Counted from the stretch's first letter, positions 39,962 through 52,585 are shown. The stretch is DNA of 64,000 nucleotides from an uncultured Planctomycetota bacterium (GCA_963849325.1 CAWKHF010000006.1:160001-224000), one strand, 5' to 3'. The notes: generated from the sequence alone by a model not told the origin. Program-made: numbers and translations.

Positions 39962-40347
39962 GGATTCTCCCTCTCTGTGCTTGGGGGCGGCGGATCGCGG
40001 CCATCGATCCTCTACTCGATCCTACTCTCTCGGCGATGACTCGACCAGTTCAGCGGGCGCCCCTGCTACTTGTTGAACTCGTCAGCGCCCATGGAAAACA
40101 TGGAAAATGGTCCCGCAAAAGAAAAGAGAAAAAAGTGCCATGCTGGGTCATGAAACTTTTAAGGTCTGAAAGGGTTCCTGAAACCTCATTTGGCTTCCCC
40201 AGATCTCCCCCAGACGTTCCCCAGAGCGCCCCTTGATGATTCCAATGCGGTGCCAGACAATTGGCTCGGTCTATCCTAACCGAGTGCTGCATACGCCGGT
40301 ACCCGCCCGGAGCGGTCCCGGTCTCTTTTTCCCGAAGGAGGAACATC

Positions 40348-41809
40348 ATGTTGTCAATGCGAAGGTGGTTGCCAATCATCGCACTCGTCGTGACGGCGAC
40401 CCTCGGTTGGTGGTCTCGGGCCCAGGCAGAGACTCAAGTGATAGTCCGCGTCCGGCCCTCAGCAGGGTTCTCGCTGCTTACCACGGACGGCGGCTTGCCT
40501 ACGACCGCCAAGCTGACACCAGATCTAGCGGCCGTGGTAGGGGCCAAGGAGGGGAAAGCCAAATTCATCGGCCTGACACGAGATAGCCAAGCGGTCGTGG
40601 AACTGGCCGGCCAGATCGAGCCAGAGGAGGCCAGAGCAGCCCTCCTCAGCTCCTCAAGCGGAGTAGCCGTGGAGAACCTCGTCGATCAGCCCTTTGAGCG
40701 GGCCACTCAGTTGATCGCCTTCTACGTGGGCGAGAATGCGCCGAAGGAGACCCTAACCGGGCTAAAGATCATCGATCACCACCCGGAAGGCCACTTCGTC
40801 CTAGTCCAGTCGAAGGACGGCTTCACGGCCGAGCAGATCGAGAAACTGGTCGCCGATAAGCAAGTTCATCTCGTGCAGCCGAATTACCTGTACTACCTGA
40901 CCGCGGAGAAGGCCGAGGCTGCACTCGCCGCGACGAAGGTGCCCAACGACCCATTATACCCGTCCCTCTGGGGGATGCCTCACATTAACGCCCCGACGGC
41001 CTGGAGTAAGGCTCAGTCCTCTACGGTCCCCGTGTGCGTCATCGACTCGGGGATCAACATCGTCCACGAAGATTTGGCGAGCAACATCGTCGCGGGGTTC
41101 AGCAAGGATTTCACCCCGGACAACGACTTCAAGGACGGCATCGGCCACGGCAGCCACTGCACCGGCACCATCGCAGGGGTCGGGAATAACAAGAAGGGAG
41201 TCGCCGGCGTCATGTGGAAAGGCAAAGTATTCGGCGCCAAGAATCTTCAACAAAGCCGGCTCCTACGCTGGCGACAACCAGGTCATCAAGGCCATCGACT
41301 ACGCGATCGGCAAGGGGGCCAAGGTCCTGAGCAACAGCTGGGGGGGCGGGGCCGCATCTCCGGCCCTTCAGGCGGCCATCACCCGGGCCGAGAAGAAAGG
41401 GGTGCTGTTCATCGCCGCCGCGGGGAACCTCGGGAGCGACAACGATGCCCACCCGTTCTACCCGGCTTCCTACCCCAACAAGAACATCATCTCCGTTCTC
41501 GCCGTCGATAAGAACAACATGAAAGCCTCTTTCAGCGACTACGGCAAAAACAGCGTTCACATCGGCGCGCCGGGGGTCAATATCAATAGCACCGTGCCCG
41601 GCAACAGCTACGGCTACAAGAGTGGAACGTCCATGGCGACGCCGCACGTCTCTGGGGCGGTCGCCTTGACTTGGGGTCACCCAAAGTACAACCACTATAC
41701 GGCGACCCAGATCAAGACCTTAATTCTGAAGCACGCCCGCCCGTTGTCCGACCTATCGGGAAAATGCACGACCGGCGGAACCCTGGACATCGGCTTCCTC
41801 GGCCAGTAG
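40348..41809 (+). CDS. S8 subtilisin-like serine protease (apparent frameshift near 41240)
   Basis: VIDSG, HGSHCTGTIAG, AAAGN and SGTSMATPHV motifs; signal peptide. Confidence 0.93.
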
Positions 41810-42064
41810 CGGCCGGAGGATGCAAATGCTCACGGTCTGAGCCTTGTCCCATCCGCTGCCCGGCGCAGGGCCGTTCAATGCTTGTCGTAACTCTTTTGAT
41901 GTCGGTGGGAGGGTGGCCTTGCCTCCATCAATGGCAGAAGACTTACGGAAACATCGAACGGCCCTGCCGCTCGGAGGGCCAAGTCTTCACTTCGTCGCCA
42001 ACATCGGGTAGAATGCCTACCAGGTATCGCCCCTCGGACGGCGTTGCAAAGGGGAGGATGGACC

Positions 42065-42430
42065 ATGTTCGCGCTGACTGTCGGGCTACTGGGCTGGGTC
42101 GTTCTAGCCGCCGTTCCGGGCGTCGTGGGCGACTCGAAGGGAGGCGAGGCAAAATGCCCCGAGGCGAAAATGATTGAGTACAAAGGGAAGCTACGGCACC
42201 CTGTCTACGCCATCGGCGGCGAGACTACCGGCACCGTGATCGAAACCGCGGCCGCCACCTACGAACTGGATTTAGGTGGGAAGAAAGAATGGCAGAAGCT
42301 GGCTGCCTCCCTCAACGGGAAGCAGGTCGTCGTCACAGGCGTGCTGAAAACTGTTAAAGGAGTTGAAATTCCCGAGCGCCATGTTATTACCGTTAAGGAT
42401 CTGAAAGCAGCGGAGGAAAAGAAAAAGTAG
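42065..42430 (+). CDS. Small exported hypothetical protein
   Basis: GGAGG RBS, signal peptide, AIGGETTG...YELDL...GKQVVVTG. Confidence 0.7.
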   Translation: MFALTVGLLGWVVLAAVPGVVGDSKGGEAKCPEAKMIEYKGKLRHPVYAIGGETTGTVIETAAATYELDLGGKKEWQKLAASLNGKQVVVTGVLKTVKGVEIPERHVITVKDLKAAEEKKK

Positions 42431-42547
42431 GCGCACTGAGTGAAAAAATGGTGATGCTCTACGCAACTTTTTTATGTGCTGCACGTTGCGTTGAAACAAT
42501 TGCGAGTGGTCATTCGCTGGGAGAATCTACTCGCCCCGCTCCCGCAT

Positions 42548-43015
42548 TCAACCGCTCACGGGAGGAGTATTCAACTTCGCCTCAACCGCACTCCACGCAT
42601 CATTGACCACCTTCTGCGCCGCCCCACGGATCAGTCCGGCTGGCACCATCTTGAGCAATCCGCCCAGCGTTTGGACCTCCGCCGTCCAGCGGACGCGCGT
42701 GCCGGCCCCCTGCGGAGCGAGAGCGACCGTCGCCTCCACGTCGGCGGAGCTGCCAATGCCCTTGCTGGCGATCAAGTAGCGCGCCGCGCTCGGGGCGACG
42801 GCATCGACCACGCGCAGCTCCACGTCCAGCGTGCCGCGCACGAACGAGAAGCCAGGACGCAGCACCAGCACGGCGCGGTCGGACTGTTGCTCCGTGACCG
42901 ACTCCACATCCGGGATGCACTGCACCAGGAAGCGGGCGTCGGTCAGTTTCGCCCACACCTCGGCCGGCGCCTGCGGAAAATCTTTCTCGCCCTCGAATCG
43001 CACCATGACGGCCAT
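42548..43015 (-). CDS. CoxG/SRPBCC family protein
   Basis: APAEVWAKLTDARFLVQCIPD...GTRVRW. Confidence 0.85.
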   Translation of the reverse strand: MAVMVRFEGEKDFPQAPAEVWAKLTDARFLVQCIPDVESVTEQQSDRAVLVLRPGFSFVRGTLDVELRVVDAVAPSAARYLIASKGIGSSADVEATVALAPQGAGTRVRWTAEVQTLGGLLKMVPAGLIRGAAQKVVNDAWSAVEAKLNTPPVSG

Positions 43016-43124
43016 CCTTTCGCAACGGGCCTGTTTCCATTCTACGGACGGTAATTCTTGTTGCGGCGCGGGCCGTTGCCTTTATACTCGCCGGAAACGA
43101 TTCTCGCCCCCCACGGAGATCCTC

Positions 43125-44513
43125 ATGCGTCCTTACACTGCTTTGCTGGGCGTGCTGGCCCTGGCCGGATCCGTCACGCCGCTGACGGCGGCCGAACGGC
43201 CGGCTCGCAACGTCGTCCTGCTCGTCGCCGACGACCTCGGCTTTCAGCTCGGCTGCTACGGCGACAAAAAAATCCGCACGCCGAACATCGACGGCCTGGC
43301 GAAAAACGGCGTGCGCTTCACGCATGGCTTCGCGGCGGTGTCGTCATGCAGTCCCAGCCGTTCGACGCTGTACACCGGGCTGCACACGCACACCAGCGGG
43401 CAGTACGGCTTGGCCCACAACAGCCACAATTTCCACACCCGCGACAACGTCCAGAGCTTGCCTGGCCTGCTCAAGAAGAACGGCTATCGCTCCGGCATCA
43501 TCGGCAAGCTCCACGTCCTGCCGCCGTCGGTCTATCCCTTTGATGTCGAGGTACACAAAGACCTCGGCGGCAATCGCAGTGTGGCCCGCATGGGCGAGGA
43601 GGCCCGGCGGTTCTTCCGCGACTGCGGCGACAAACCGTTCGCCCTCGTCGTCGGTTTCTCCGATCCGCACCGCTCGGCCAAGAACTTCGGCAACGAGAAC
43701 AAGTACCCCGGCGTTAAGGAAGTCCACTACGAACCCGACGACGTGACGGTGCCTTACTTCTTGCCGGATCGTCCCGAGGTACGCCGCGAGCTGACGGATT
43801 ATTACCAATCGATCAGCCGGCTCGATCAGGGCGTCGGCTTCGTCCTCGACGCCCTGCGCGAGAGCAAGCACGCCGGCGATACGCTCGTCATCTTCCTCAG
43901 CGACAACGGCCCGCCGTTCCCCGGTGCCAAGACGACGCTGTACGAACCCGGCGTCCATCTGCCGCTGATTCTCTCGTCGCCGGAGCAGAAGCGGCGCGGC
44001 GTGACGAACAACGCCCTGGTGAGCTGGATCGACATCCTCCCCACCATCCTCGACTGGGCCGGCGTCAAGGCGCCGCCGGCACTGACCGGCCGCTCCGTGC
44101 TGCCCATCCTCGAAGAGGAGGATCCCAAGGGCTGGGACGTGGTTTACGGCTCGCACCAGTGCCATGAGGTGACGATGTATTATCCCATGCGCATGGTCCG
44201 CACGCGGACGCACAAGTATCTTCGCAACCTGGCGTACAAGCTCGATTATCCATTCTCGACGGACCTGTATGGCTCGCTGACCTGGCAGGGCATCCTGCAG
44301 CGCGGCGACAAGAAGCTGGCCGAGCGCGACATCGATAACTATGTCCATCGACCACTGGAGGAGCTGTATGACCTGGAGACGGACCCGCACGAACTGAAGA
44401 ACGTGGCGGCGGACCCGAAGTACGCCGAGGTACTCAAGGACCTGCGCGAGCGCCTCAAAACGTGGCAGGTACGGACGCGCGATCCGTGGCTGGTGAAATA
44501 TCGCTACGAGTGA
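43125..44513 (+). CDS. Sulfatase (N-sulfoglucosamine sulfohydrolase-like)
   Basis: NVVLLVADDLG, CSPSRSTLYTG, GKLHV, SDNG and EELYDL motifs. Confidence 0.93.
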   Translation: MRPYTALLGVLALAGSVTPLTAAERPARNVVLLVADDLGFQLGCYGDKKIRTPNIDGLAKNGVRFTHGFAAVSSCSPSRSTLYTGLHTHTSGQYGLAHNSHNFHTRDNVQSLPGLLKKNGYRSGIIGKLHVLPPSVYPFDVEVHKDLGGNRSVARMGEEARRFFRDCGDKPFALVVGFSDPHRSAKNFGNENKYPGVKEVHYEPDDVTVPYFLPDRPEVRRELTDYYQSISRLDQGVGFVLDALRESKHAGDTLVIFLSDNGPPFPGAKTTLYEPGVHLPLILSSPEQKRRGVTNNALVSWIDILPTILDWAGVKAPPALTGRSVLPILEEEDPKGWDVVYGSHQCHEVTMYYPMRMVRTRTHKYLRNLAYKLDYPFSTDLYGSLTWQGILQRGDKKLAERDIDNYVHRPLEELYDLETDPHELKNVAADPKYAEVLKDLRERLKTWQVRTRDPWLVKYRYE

Positions 44514-44514
44514 A

Positions 44515-44628
44515 GAAAACATTTAACCACGGATAACACGGATAACACGGATAAAATACAAAAGACAAGACAACTCTTTTTCTTTTTTTTATCCGTGTTA
44601 TCCGTGTTATCCGTGGTTAAATGTTTTC
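44515..44628. repeat. Family C palindrome with 9-nt tandem units, probable bidirectional terminator
   Basis: aaccacggataacacggataacacggataaaa...ttttatccgtgttatccgtgttatccgtggtt between convergent genes. Confidence 0.88.
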
Positions 44629-45829
44629 AAACGTGGCGAGTGCCAGGGCCATGCGGCAGCCCGCCAGGAACAACGGTACGTCCACGTACTCCTCGATGGT
44701 GTGGATGTTGTTCTGGCCGGCGCCGAAGGTGACGGTCGGGATGCCGTGACGCACCAGCCAGTTGGCGTCGAGTCCGCCGTTGCCCACGCGCAGCGACGGT
44801 TGCAGGCCGGCCCGCTCGGCGGCGGCCTTCGCATGACGCACGACCGGGGCGTCGTCCTTGAGACGGAACGGATGATAGTCGAGCCGGGACGTGAACTGGA
44901 CCTTGGCCTTGCGGCCCTTGTCGTCGGTGATCCGCGTCGCGGCGGAAGCGAAGGCGGCGCGGTAGGCGCGGGTGATGGCACGGGCGAAACGGGCGTCGTG
45001 GCTGCGCGATTCGCCGTGAAGGTGGACGTAATCGGTGACGACGTTGGTCGCCTCGCCGGCACACTTGCCGTCCCGGCCGGCGAAGCGGCCGACGTTGGAC
45101 GTGCCGTCGCCGTCGGGCTGATGCACCTTGCCGAACCAGCCGCCGCGCTGGACCTCGGCCAGGGCCAGGGCGGCCACCATCGTCGCCGAGATGCCCTGCT
45201 CGGGATGGACGCCGGCGTGAGCGGCGCGGCCGTGGATCTCCACTTCCCAGCGCTCGGCGCCGACGGCGCCGACGGTCAGCTCCGCCGGCGAACGGCCATC
45301 GACGTTGAAGCCCAGGACGGGACCGCCCAGGTCGGCCGGGTCGAGATGGCGAGCGCCGAACAGGCCGCTCTCCTCGCGCACGGTGAACAGCAGCGTCAAC
45401 GGCGGATGCGGCAGCTTGTTTTGCCGTAGCGTCGCCGCCAGCGTCACCAGGCAGGCGACGCCGGTGCGGTTGTCGCCGCCCAGCGCCGTCGCGCCTTGCG
45501 GCGCGAATGCGGTCCTTCGACGCGCGCACCGGCACGGCGCCGGCGCACAGGGGCACCGTGTCCAGGTGCGTGGCGAACAGCAGGCGCGGCCCCGGCCGCG
45601 TGCCCGGCAGGTCACGAGCAGGTTGCCCGTCTGCGTCGGCAGCGGGATGCGCTCGTGGGCGTCGTCGTGACGGATGGCGCGGCGCGGCACGCCGACGGAC
45701 TCCAATTCGCGGGCCACCTCGCGGGCGATGGCCTTCTCCTGCGCCGGTGATGCCCTCCACGGCCAGGAATCGCATCAGGCGGTCCAGCGCCGCGCCCTCG
45801 TCGAACGTCAGACCGATAGAAGATGACAA
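44617..45829 (-). CDS. M20/M25/M40 metallopeptidase (peptidase T-like; apparent frameshifts)
   Basis: HLDTVP, LGGDNRTG, REESGLFGA, AHAGVHPEQG, GGLDAN and HTIEE motifs. Confidence 0.9.
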
Positions 45830-45877
45830 AGGAGACCTCCAAAAGCATTGAATCGACCGGTGGGCGGCACGCTTGAC

Positions 45878-45905
45878 TTGCCAAGGCGACGCTTCGGTTT
45901 ATAAT
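45878..45905 (+). promoter_or_regulatory. Sigma70-type promoter
   Basis: TTGCCA-16 nt-TATAAT immediately upstream of the riboswitch. Confidence 0.65.
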
Positions 45906-45917
45906 ACGAAGCCATGT

Positions 45918-46050
45918 GTAGCCTAATCCCGCGCCGTCCGTGTGGGAACGGGGGAACCATGGGCCGGCCCGCGCCGGCCTTGGGGCTCAGGTTCGCGCCG
46001 CGAACCGGGGTACTTTCAAGCCCTGCCCGACAGCTAACCTCGTCGGCCGA
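45918..46050 (+). ncRNA. c-di-AMP (ydaO/yuaA) riboswitch
   Basis: Hallmarks AATCC, GGAACGGGGGAACC, TTGGGG and CCCGACAGCTAACCTCGTCGGC appear in the expected order, upstream of a KimA/YdaO-like transporter. Confidence 0.88.
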
Positions 46051-46151
46051 CCAGCGTCTCCCTGCTGGCCTCATTTGAAAGGGCACACCTGTCCCGGCGG
46101 TCCCGACGAAGAGCCCTCGTTTGTCCCGACCGCTCGCCGAGAACCATCCTC

Positions 46152-48833
46152 ATGACGACTCCTCCCCCCGGCGGTCCTTCGGACGGCCGAGCCGAGCCGC
46201 CCAACGCGGCCGGAACCTTCACGCGCCGTCTGCTGCGGCCAGCTCAGGTCATCATCGTCAGCAGCGTGATGTTCACCTTCATCAGCTACTGGCGCACCGC
46301 CGCCGTCGTCCTCTGCGACCTGGCCAGCACGTCCTACTACATCGGCGGCATCGTCGAGCAGTCCATCGGCTCGGCCGCCCCGTGGTTCATCCTCGGCGTC
46401 ATGTTCTTCAGCTACGCCGTCCGCTCGGTCTACATCGAGAGCTGCACCCTGTTCGTCCGCGGCGGCGTCTACCGCGTCGTCCGCGAAGCGCTGGGCAAGT
46501 TCATGGCCAAGCTCGCCGTGTCCGCCCTCATGTTCGACTACATCCTGACCGGGCCGATCAGCGCCGTCTCCGGCGGGCAGTACATCATCGGCCTGGTCCT
46601 CGAAATCGTGTCGCGCTGGTTCGGCATGACCATCGACCCCGACGCGCGCGACTTCGCCAAGCGGCTCGGCTCGGTCCTCATCGCCACCCTCGCCACCCTC
46701 TACTTCTTCCGCAAGAACATCATCGGCATCCACGAATCCAGCGAAAAAGCGCTGAAAATCATGATCATCACCACCGTCATGGGCGTGGTGATGCTGACGT
46801 GGTGCGGCGTGACGCTGGCCGTGCATGGCGCCGCCCACTCCAAGGACGGCACGCCCAACACCGTCAGCCCGACGCCGGACTTCCACTCCAAGCTCAACCC
46901 GACCACCAAGGAGATGGAAGACCCGACGGGGTTCTTGAAGCACACGAGGGCGGCGCAGGCGCTGCGCGACGTCAGCGGCAAACCCCCGACCGACTGGCTG
47001 GGCCTGATCGGCCTGTTCGGCATCTTCATCGCCTTCGGCCACTCGATCCTGGCCATGAGCGGCGAGGAGACGCTGGCCCAGGTTTACCGCGAAGTCGAGT
47101 CGCCGAAGCTGAAGAACTTCAAGAAGGCCGCCTTCATCGTCTTCCTCTACAGCCTGGTGTTGACCGGCGGCATCAGCTTCCTGGCCGTGCTGCTCATCCC
47201 CGCCGACGTGCGCATGCAGGACTACTCCGACAACCTCATCGGCGGCCTGGCGATGAACGTCATCGGCCCGTTGTGGGCGCAACTGCTGCTCAACGGCTTC
47301 GTGGTCGTGGTCGGCTTCGCTGATCCTGGCCGGCGCCGTCAACACGGCCATCATCGGCTCCAACGGCGTGCTCAACCGCGTCGCCGAGGACGGCGTCATG
47401 CCGGAGTGGTTCCTCAAGCCGCACCCGCGCTACGGCACGACCTACCGCATCCTCTGGCTCATCGTCGGCTTGCAGCTGTTCACCATCTGGGCCAGCTTCG
47501 GCGACGTGCTGCTGCTGGGCGAGGCTTACGCCTTCGGCGTCGTCTGGAGCTTCGTCTTCCAGGCGCTGTCGATGGTGGTGCTGCGCTTCGCCGATCCGAG
47601 GCCGCGCGAGGCCAAGGTGCCGCTCAACGTCCGCGTTGGCCGCTACGAGGTGCCGGTCGGCCTGATCGTCATCCTGATCATTCTCCTGGTGTCGGCGGTG
47701 TGCAACCTGCTGACCAAGGAGGTGGCCACCATCGGCGGCCTGATCTTCACGGCCATTTTCTTCACCCTGTTCCACGTCTCCGAGCGCTATCACGAGAAGC
47801 GCCGCCTCGGCAAACAGCACGAGCACATCGAGCAGTTCAACCAGGAGACGACCGGCGAGGTGACGGCCGGCAGTCTCGGCCTGACCAAGACGTATCGCAA
47901 GCTGGTGTCGATCCGCTCGCCGCACAACCTGTTCATGCTGGAAAAAGCGCTGGCCGAGACCGACCCGGAGACGACCAGCATCGTGGTCATGACGGCCAAG
48001 CTGATGCCGCTGGGCGGCTCCGAGGACGAGCAGCCCGACCTGGACGCCTACGATCAGCAGCTGATGACGGCCGTGGTGCAGCTGGCCGAGAAGGCCGGCA
48101 AGCAGGTCAAGCCGCTCATCGTGCCGACCAACAATCCGCATCCACGCCGTGCTCAAGACCGCCAAGGACTTGCAGGCCCACGAGCTGATCCTCGGCGCCT
48201 CCAACCGTTACACGGCCGACGAGCAGATGGAGCAGATCGCCTTTTACTGGATCAACCTGCACGGCGGCAACCCGGCGCCGCTGACGGTGCGCATCCTCAG
48301 CCGCGAGCGCGACATCTACCTCGACCTGGCCGGCGGCAATCGCATTCCCAAGATCAGCGAGCGCAAGGCGCGGTCGGTGGCCGAGCTGCGCGCCGCCGGC
48401 GTCGGCGTCGATCGCGTGCTGCTCATCCACGACGGCAGCCCGGCCAACAGCGACCTGTTCCAGGGCGTCTTGACCATGCTCGACGCCGCAGGTGGTGCTG
48501 GGCGTCGTGCCGGTGGTGCCGCCCGGCTCGGAGCCGCTCAACGGCCACGGCGTCGTCCATCAGGACGAGGAACGCGCCCGCCAGCTCGGCCGCGAACTGC
48601 AGGTGATCGAGCTGCCGGTGCCCGACGGCCCGGCCATCGTCGAGCGCGCCAGCAAGGACCAGTACGATCTCGTCATCCTGCCGCTGTCCGACGAGGCGCC
48701 GAACAATCCCCTGGGCGCGCTCGACGCCCGCGCCAGCTACATCCTCCGACACGCCCACTGCCGGGTGTTCCTGGCGGCCCACCCGGTCATCCCGCAGGAA
48801 GTCGTCGATAAAACGCCCAGCCGCGCTCCGTAG
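46152..48833 (+). CDS. APC family (KimA/YdaO-like) transporter with C-terminal USP-like domains (apparent frameshifts)
   Basis: DLASTSYY, RGGVYRVV, ALMFDYILT, AMSGEE and YAFGV motifs; long cytoplasmic tail ending HAHCRVFL. Confidence 0.85.
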
Positions 48834-48920
48834 CGGGCAGCTCGGAAATCGGGTAGGCTGGAGAGGAACCGTGATCGGGCAAATGCCCTCCTTGGAGCGG
48901 CCTCAACGGCCGGGAGAGCG

Positions 48921-49130
48921 ATGAATTCATACACGATCCTCATCGAACGGTGTCCGCGGACGGGATTGTATGTCGGTTCGGTGCCTGGATTTCCTGGCGC
49001 ACACACTCAGGGCGAGACACTGGACGAATTGCAAGAAAACATGCGGGAAGTCCTTGCCATGTTGTTGGAAGACGGCGATCCGGCCTTGGAAACGGAGTTC
49101 GTCGGCGTGCAAACCATTCGGGTGAGTTGA
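48921..49130 (+). CDS. hicB: HicB family antitoxin
   Basis: YVGSVPGFPGAHTQGETLDELQENMREVL. Confidence 0.9.
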   Translation: MNSYTILIERCPRTGLYVGSVPGFPGAHTQGETLDELQENMREVLAMLLEDGDPALETEFVGVQTIRVS

Positions 49131-49133
49131 GCG

Positions 49134-49352
49134 ATGCCCGTGCCCGTCCTCAAACCCCATGAAGTGGTATCGATTCTCGAACGCCTGGGTTTCGTGGAGG
49201 TCCGCCAGCGGGGCGCACACAAACAGTTCCGTCATACGGACGGACGAGGGACGACGGTGCCTTTTCACAAAGGCCGAGACATCGCCCCGCCGTTGTTGCG
49301 CCAGATCGCTCGGGACATAGGGATGACGGTCGAAGAATTCGTTCGATCGTGA
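49134..49352 (+). CDS. hicA: HicA family toxin
   Basis: LERLGFVEVRQRGAHKQFRH...TTVPFH. Confidence 0.9.
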   Translation: MPVPVLKPHEVVSILERLGFVEVRQRGAHKQFRHTDGRGTTVPFHKGRDIAPPLLRQIARDIGMTVEEFVRS

Positions 49353-49378
49353 GGAACGACCCCAAACGAGGAATTTCC

Positions 49379-51474
49379 ATGCGAATGCGGCGATGGTCCT
49401 TGGTTGTCCTCAGCGCGGCGCTCTTGGGCGTCGCCTCGCTGCGGGCCGCGGAGACGGCGGCGCCGGCGCCGGAGCAAAAGCGACAGGCCGAGGCGCGGAT
49501 GCGCCGCGACCTCACCTTCCTGGCCTCCGACGAATGCGAGGGTCGCGGACCGGGCACCAAGGGCATCGACAAGGCCGCCGACTACATCGCCGCCGAGTTC
49601 AAAAGGGCCGGACTCCAGCCCGGCGGCGAGGACGGCAGCTATTTCCAGCCGTTCACCCTCAACGCCAACGTCCTCGACAAGCCGGCCCACCTCACGCTCA
49701 AGGGGCCACAAGGACAGGAGATCGAACTGCGGCAGGGCGTCCACTTCTGGCCGATGGGCCTGGGCGGAAGCGGCGGCGACCGAGGGCCGGCCGTCTTCGC
49801 CGGCTACGGCATCACCAGCACCAAGGCGAACTACGACGATTACGAAGGGATCGATGTCGCCGACAAAATCGTCGTCCTGCTGCGCGAGCGCCGAGTTCGG
49901 CCGACAAGGACCGGGCCCGCGAGCTGATGAACGGCGCCCCGTTCACTCGCAAGATCGCCAACGCCGAGAAGCATCATGCGGCGGGCGTCCTGATCGTCAA
50001 CGACGCCGACGCCGCCCACGACGGCGACGATCTGCTCGACTTCAACTACACCGCCTTCGGCCGCAGCACGGCCAAGGTCCCGGTTTGCCACGTCCGTCGC
50101 CGTGTGCTGGAGAGGATGCTGCCCGGCGGCGCCGACGCGCTGACGGCCGTGGAGAAGGACATCAACCGCGAACGGAAGCCGCACAGCCGAGAGCTGACCG
50201 GCTGGACGATCGGCGTGGACGTGCGTTTGCATCGCGGCAAGATCGACGTCAAGAACGTGGTCGGCGTCCTCGACGGCTCCGGGCCGCTGGCCGATGAAAC
50301 GATCGTGGTCGGCGCCCATTACGATCATCTCGGCTACGGCGGCGTCAGCAGCCTGGCCGGCCTGAAGAAAATGGCCATCCACCACGGCGCCGACGACAAC
50401 GCCTCCGGCACGACGACGATGCTGGAGCTGGCCCGTCGCTTCGCGGCCCTGCCCAAGCGGCAAGGACGGCGTCTGGTGTTTCTCGCCTTCAGCGGAGAGG
50501 AATTAGGGCTGTTCGGCTCGGCCTATTACTGCAAGCATCCGCTGTATCCGCTCAAGGACACGGCCGCCATGTTCAACCTCGACATGGTTGGCCGGCTGCG
50601 GACGGACAAGGTCAGCGGCAAACCCAAGGTGCTCACCGAGGGCAGCGGCACCGCCAAGCCCTTCCGCGAACTGCTCGACGACCTGGCCCGCAAGTACGAC
50701 TTCAAAATGGTCAACAAGCCGAGCGGCATGGGACCGAGCGATCACGCCTCGTTCTGCGGCCAGGACGTGCCGGTGCTGTTCTTGTGGACCGATTACCACG
50801 ACGATTATCACCGCCCCAGCGATACGGCGGACAAGATCAACATCGCGGGCATGCGGCGCATCGCCGATTTGAGCCAGGATGCCATCGCCACGCTGACGCA
50901 CATGGATCGGCCGGCGTACATCAAGGTCAAGACCGCATCGGCCCGGCCCTCCAATGGACCGCGCCTGGGCATCATGCCCGGCGACGGCGGCGGCAAGGGC
51001 GTCCGCATCGAGGAGGCGGTCGCCGACGAGCCGGCCGCCAAGGCCGGATTGAAGAAGGACGACCTCATCGTCTCCCTCGCCGGCAAGCCGGTGCGCAGCC
51101 TGCAAGACCTGCTGGCCATCCTCAAGAATCAGAAGGCCGGCGACACCATCGAGGTCGGCATCGTCCGCGATGACCGGCCGATGACGGTCTCGGTGAAGCT
51201 GGAAAGCCCCTACGCCAACATGCCGCGCCTGGGCATTCGTCCGAGCTACAGCGACGAGGGCGAGGGCGTGCTGCTGGAGGGCGTGACCGACGATCTGCCG
51301 GCCGCCCGAGCGGGACTGAAGAAGGAGGACCGGATCGTGCGCATCGCCGGCAAGCCGGTCAAGGATCTCGAAGACTACATGGAGATCCTGGGCGGCCAGA
51401 AGAAGGGCAGCACAATCGAGGTCGGTATTATCCGCGATGGGAAGACGATGACGGTGCGGGTGAAGTTGGAATAA
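49379..51474 (+). CDS. M28 peptidase with PA domain and two PDZ domains (apparent frameshift near 49890)
   Basis: LASDECEGRGPG, GAHYDHLG, GADDNASG, FSGEELGL, SDHASF and two RLGI-P PDZ repeats. Confidence 0.92.
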
Positions 51475-51483
51475 ACGGATTCT

Positions 51484-51541
51484 CTTCCGAGCCGGAAGCG
51501 TCAGCGAAGAGTGCTCTTCGCTTACGCTTCCGGCTCGGAAG
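51484..51541. repeat. REP-like palindrome (family A variant)
   Basis: cttccgagccggaagcgtcagcgaagag / ctcttcgcttacgcttccggctcggaag. Confidence 0.88.
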
Positions 51542-51563
51542 GTGCGAACGAAGTTCGTTTTGT

Positions 51564-52444
51564 TTACTTGCCCTGTCCGAACCAGCGTCCCATCAATCCC
51601 TCTTTGCGGGAGGGGATGGCGGGCGTTGGGGCCGGCGCGGCCTGCCCGCCTCCGGGAGCGGCGCCGCGGCGTGTGCTGACGTCTCTGCAGCTTGTCCTTG
51701 AGGTCTGCGAGCCGAACCGAGGAGACGGCGCCATTGTTGCGTTCCAGACGCTCCAGATCGCGGCTGACCTCGTTGCGCAGCCGCTGCAAGTCGTTGCGTT
51801 GCCGGGCCATCTCGGCGCGTTCGCGGGCCATGCTGATCTCCATCTCGCGCATCTGATCCATGACCGCCTGCTCGTCCTCCTGCAGCTGTCGGCGTTCGCG
51901 TTCCAGCTCCTCGCTGAGGGCCAGCAGCTCTTCCTCGCACGGGGCGACGCCCTGGTGCGGCGCGGCGCGGCCGCCTGCGGGCCGGCGGCCTCGGCCTGTT
52001 CGAGAGCGGTCTGCATCTCTTGCAGCTGCGTGATGCAGCTGACGGATCAATTCGTTTTTCTCTTCCAGGACCGCGTTGTATTCGCGGATCTGCTGTTCGA
52101 GGTCGGGCTGAAGCTGCTGGGCGGCCTCCTGCAAGGCCTGCTCCAGTTCGGCACAGAGGGTGGCGCAGCTGGGCATTCTCCAGACGCAGCTCTTGCATGG
52201 GGTCCACCTCCGCCATGCCGTCGGCCCGGTCGCGTCGGGCATCGGCGCGGACGGCGGCGTCCTCGGCCAACCGTTCCGGTTCCTCGAAAGACCCCTGGGC
52301 GTCGTCCCCGGCGGCGTGTAAATGCAACGGGCCGGCCGCGGCTGGTCGGCCGGGGAGACCGCCGTTGGGTCCGCCACGGTGCGGCTCCGGGAGGGGGAGA
52401 GGTCTGACCATGTGCCCTGTTCTCCGCTCGGGTTCGGCTGCCAT
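51564..52444 (-). CDS. Coiled-coil hypothetical protein (apparent frameshifts)
   Basis: EEELLALSEELERERRQLQEDE...MARERAEMARQR heptads spread over several frames; C-terminus KEGLMGRWFGQGK. Confidence 0.7.
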
Positions 52445-52585
52445 CGCGGCCGTCCTCGTCCCGGCCGCGTCGGGACCACGGGCGCGGTCCCGCGCAACTA
52501 TAGCTCGCAAATCGCTGCCCGGGCGCCGATTCCTGCGCCGCCACTGCCATCGAACCGTCACTTTGATTACATCTTCGTCAACTTC

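Noticed and set aside
39962-40347. Lower-GC intergenic stretch with short ORFs
   Set aside because: No motif, RBS-supported ORF or structure recognised; likely the promoter region of the S8 protease.
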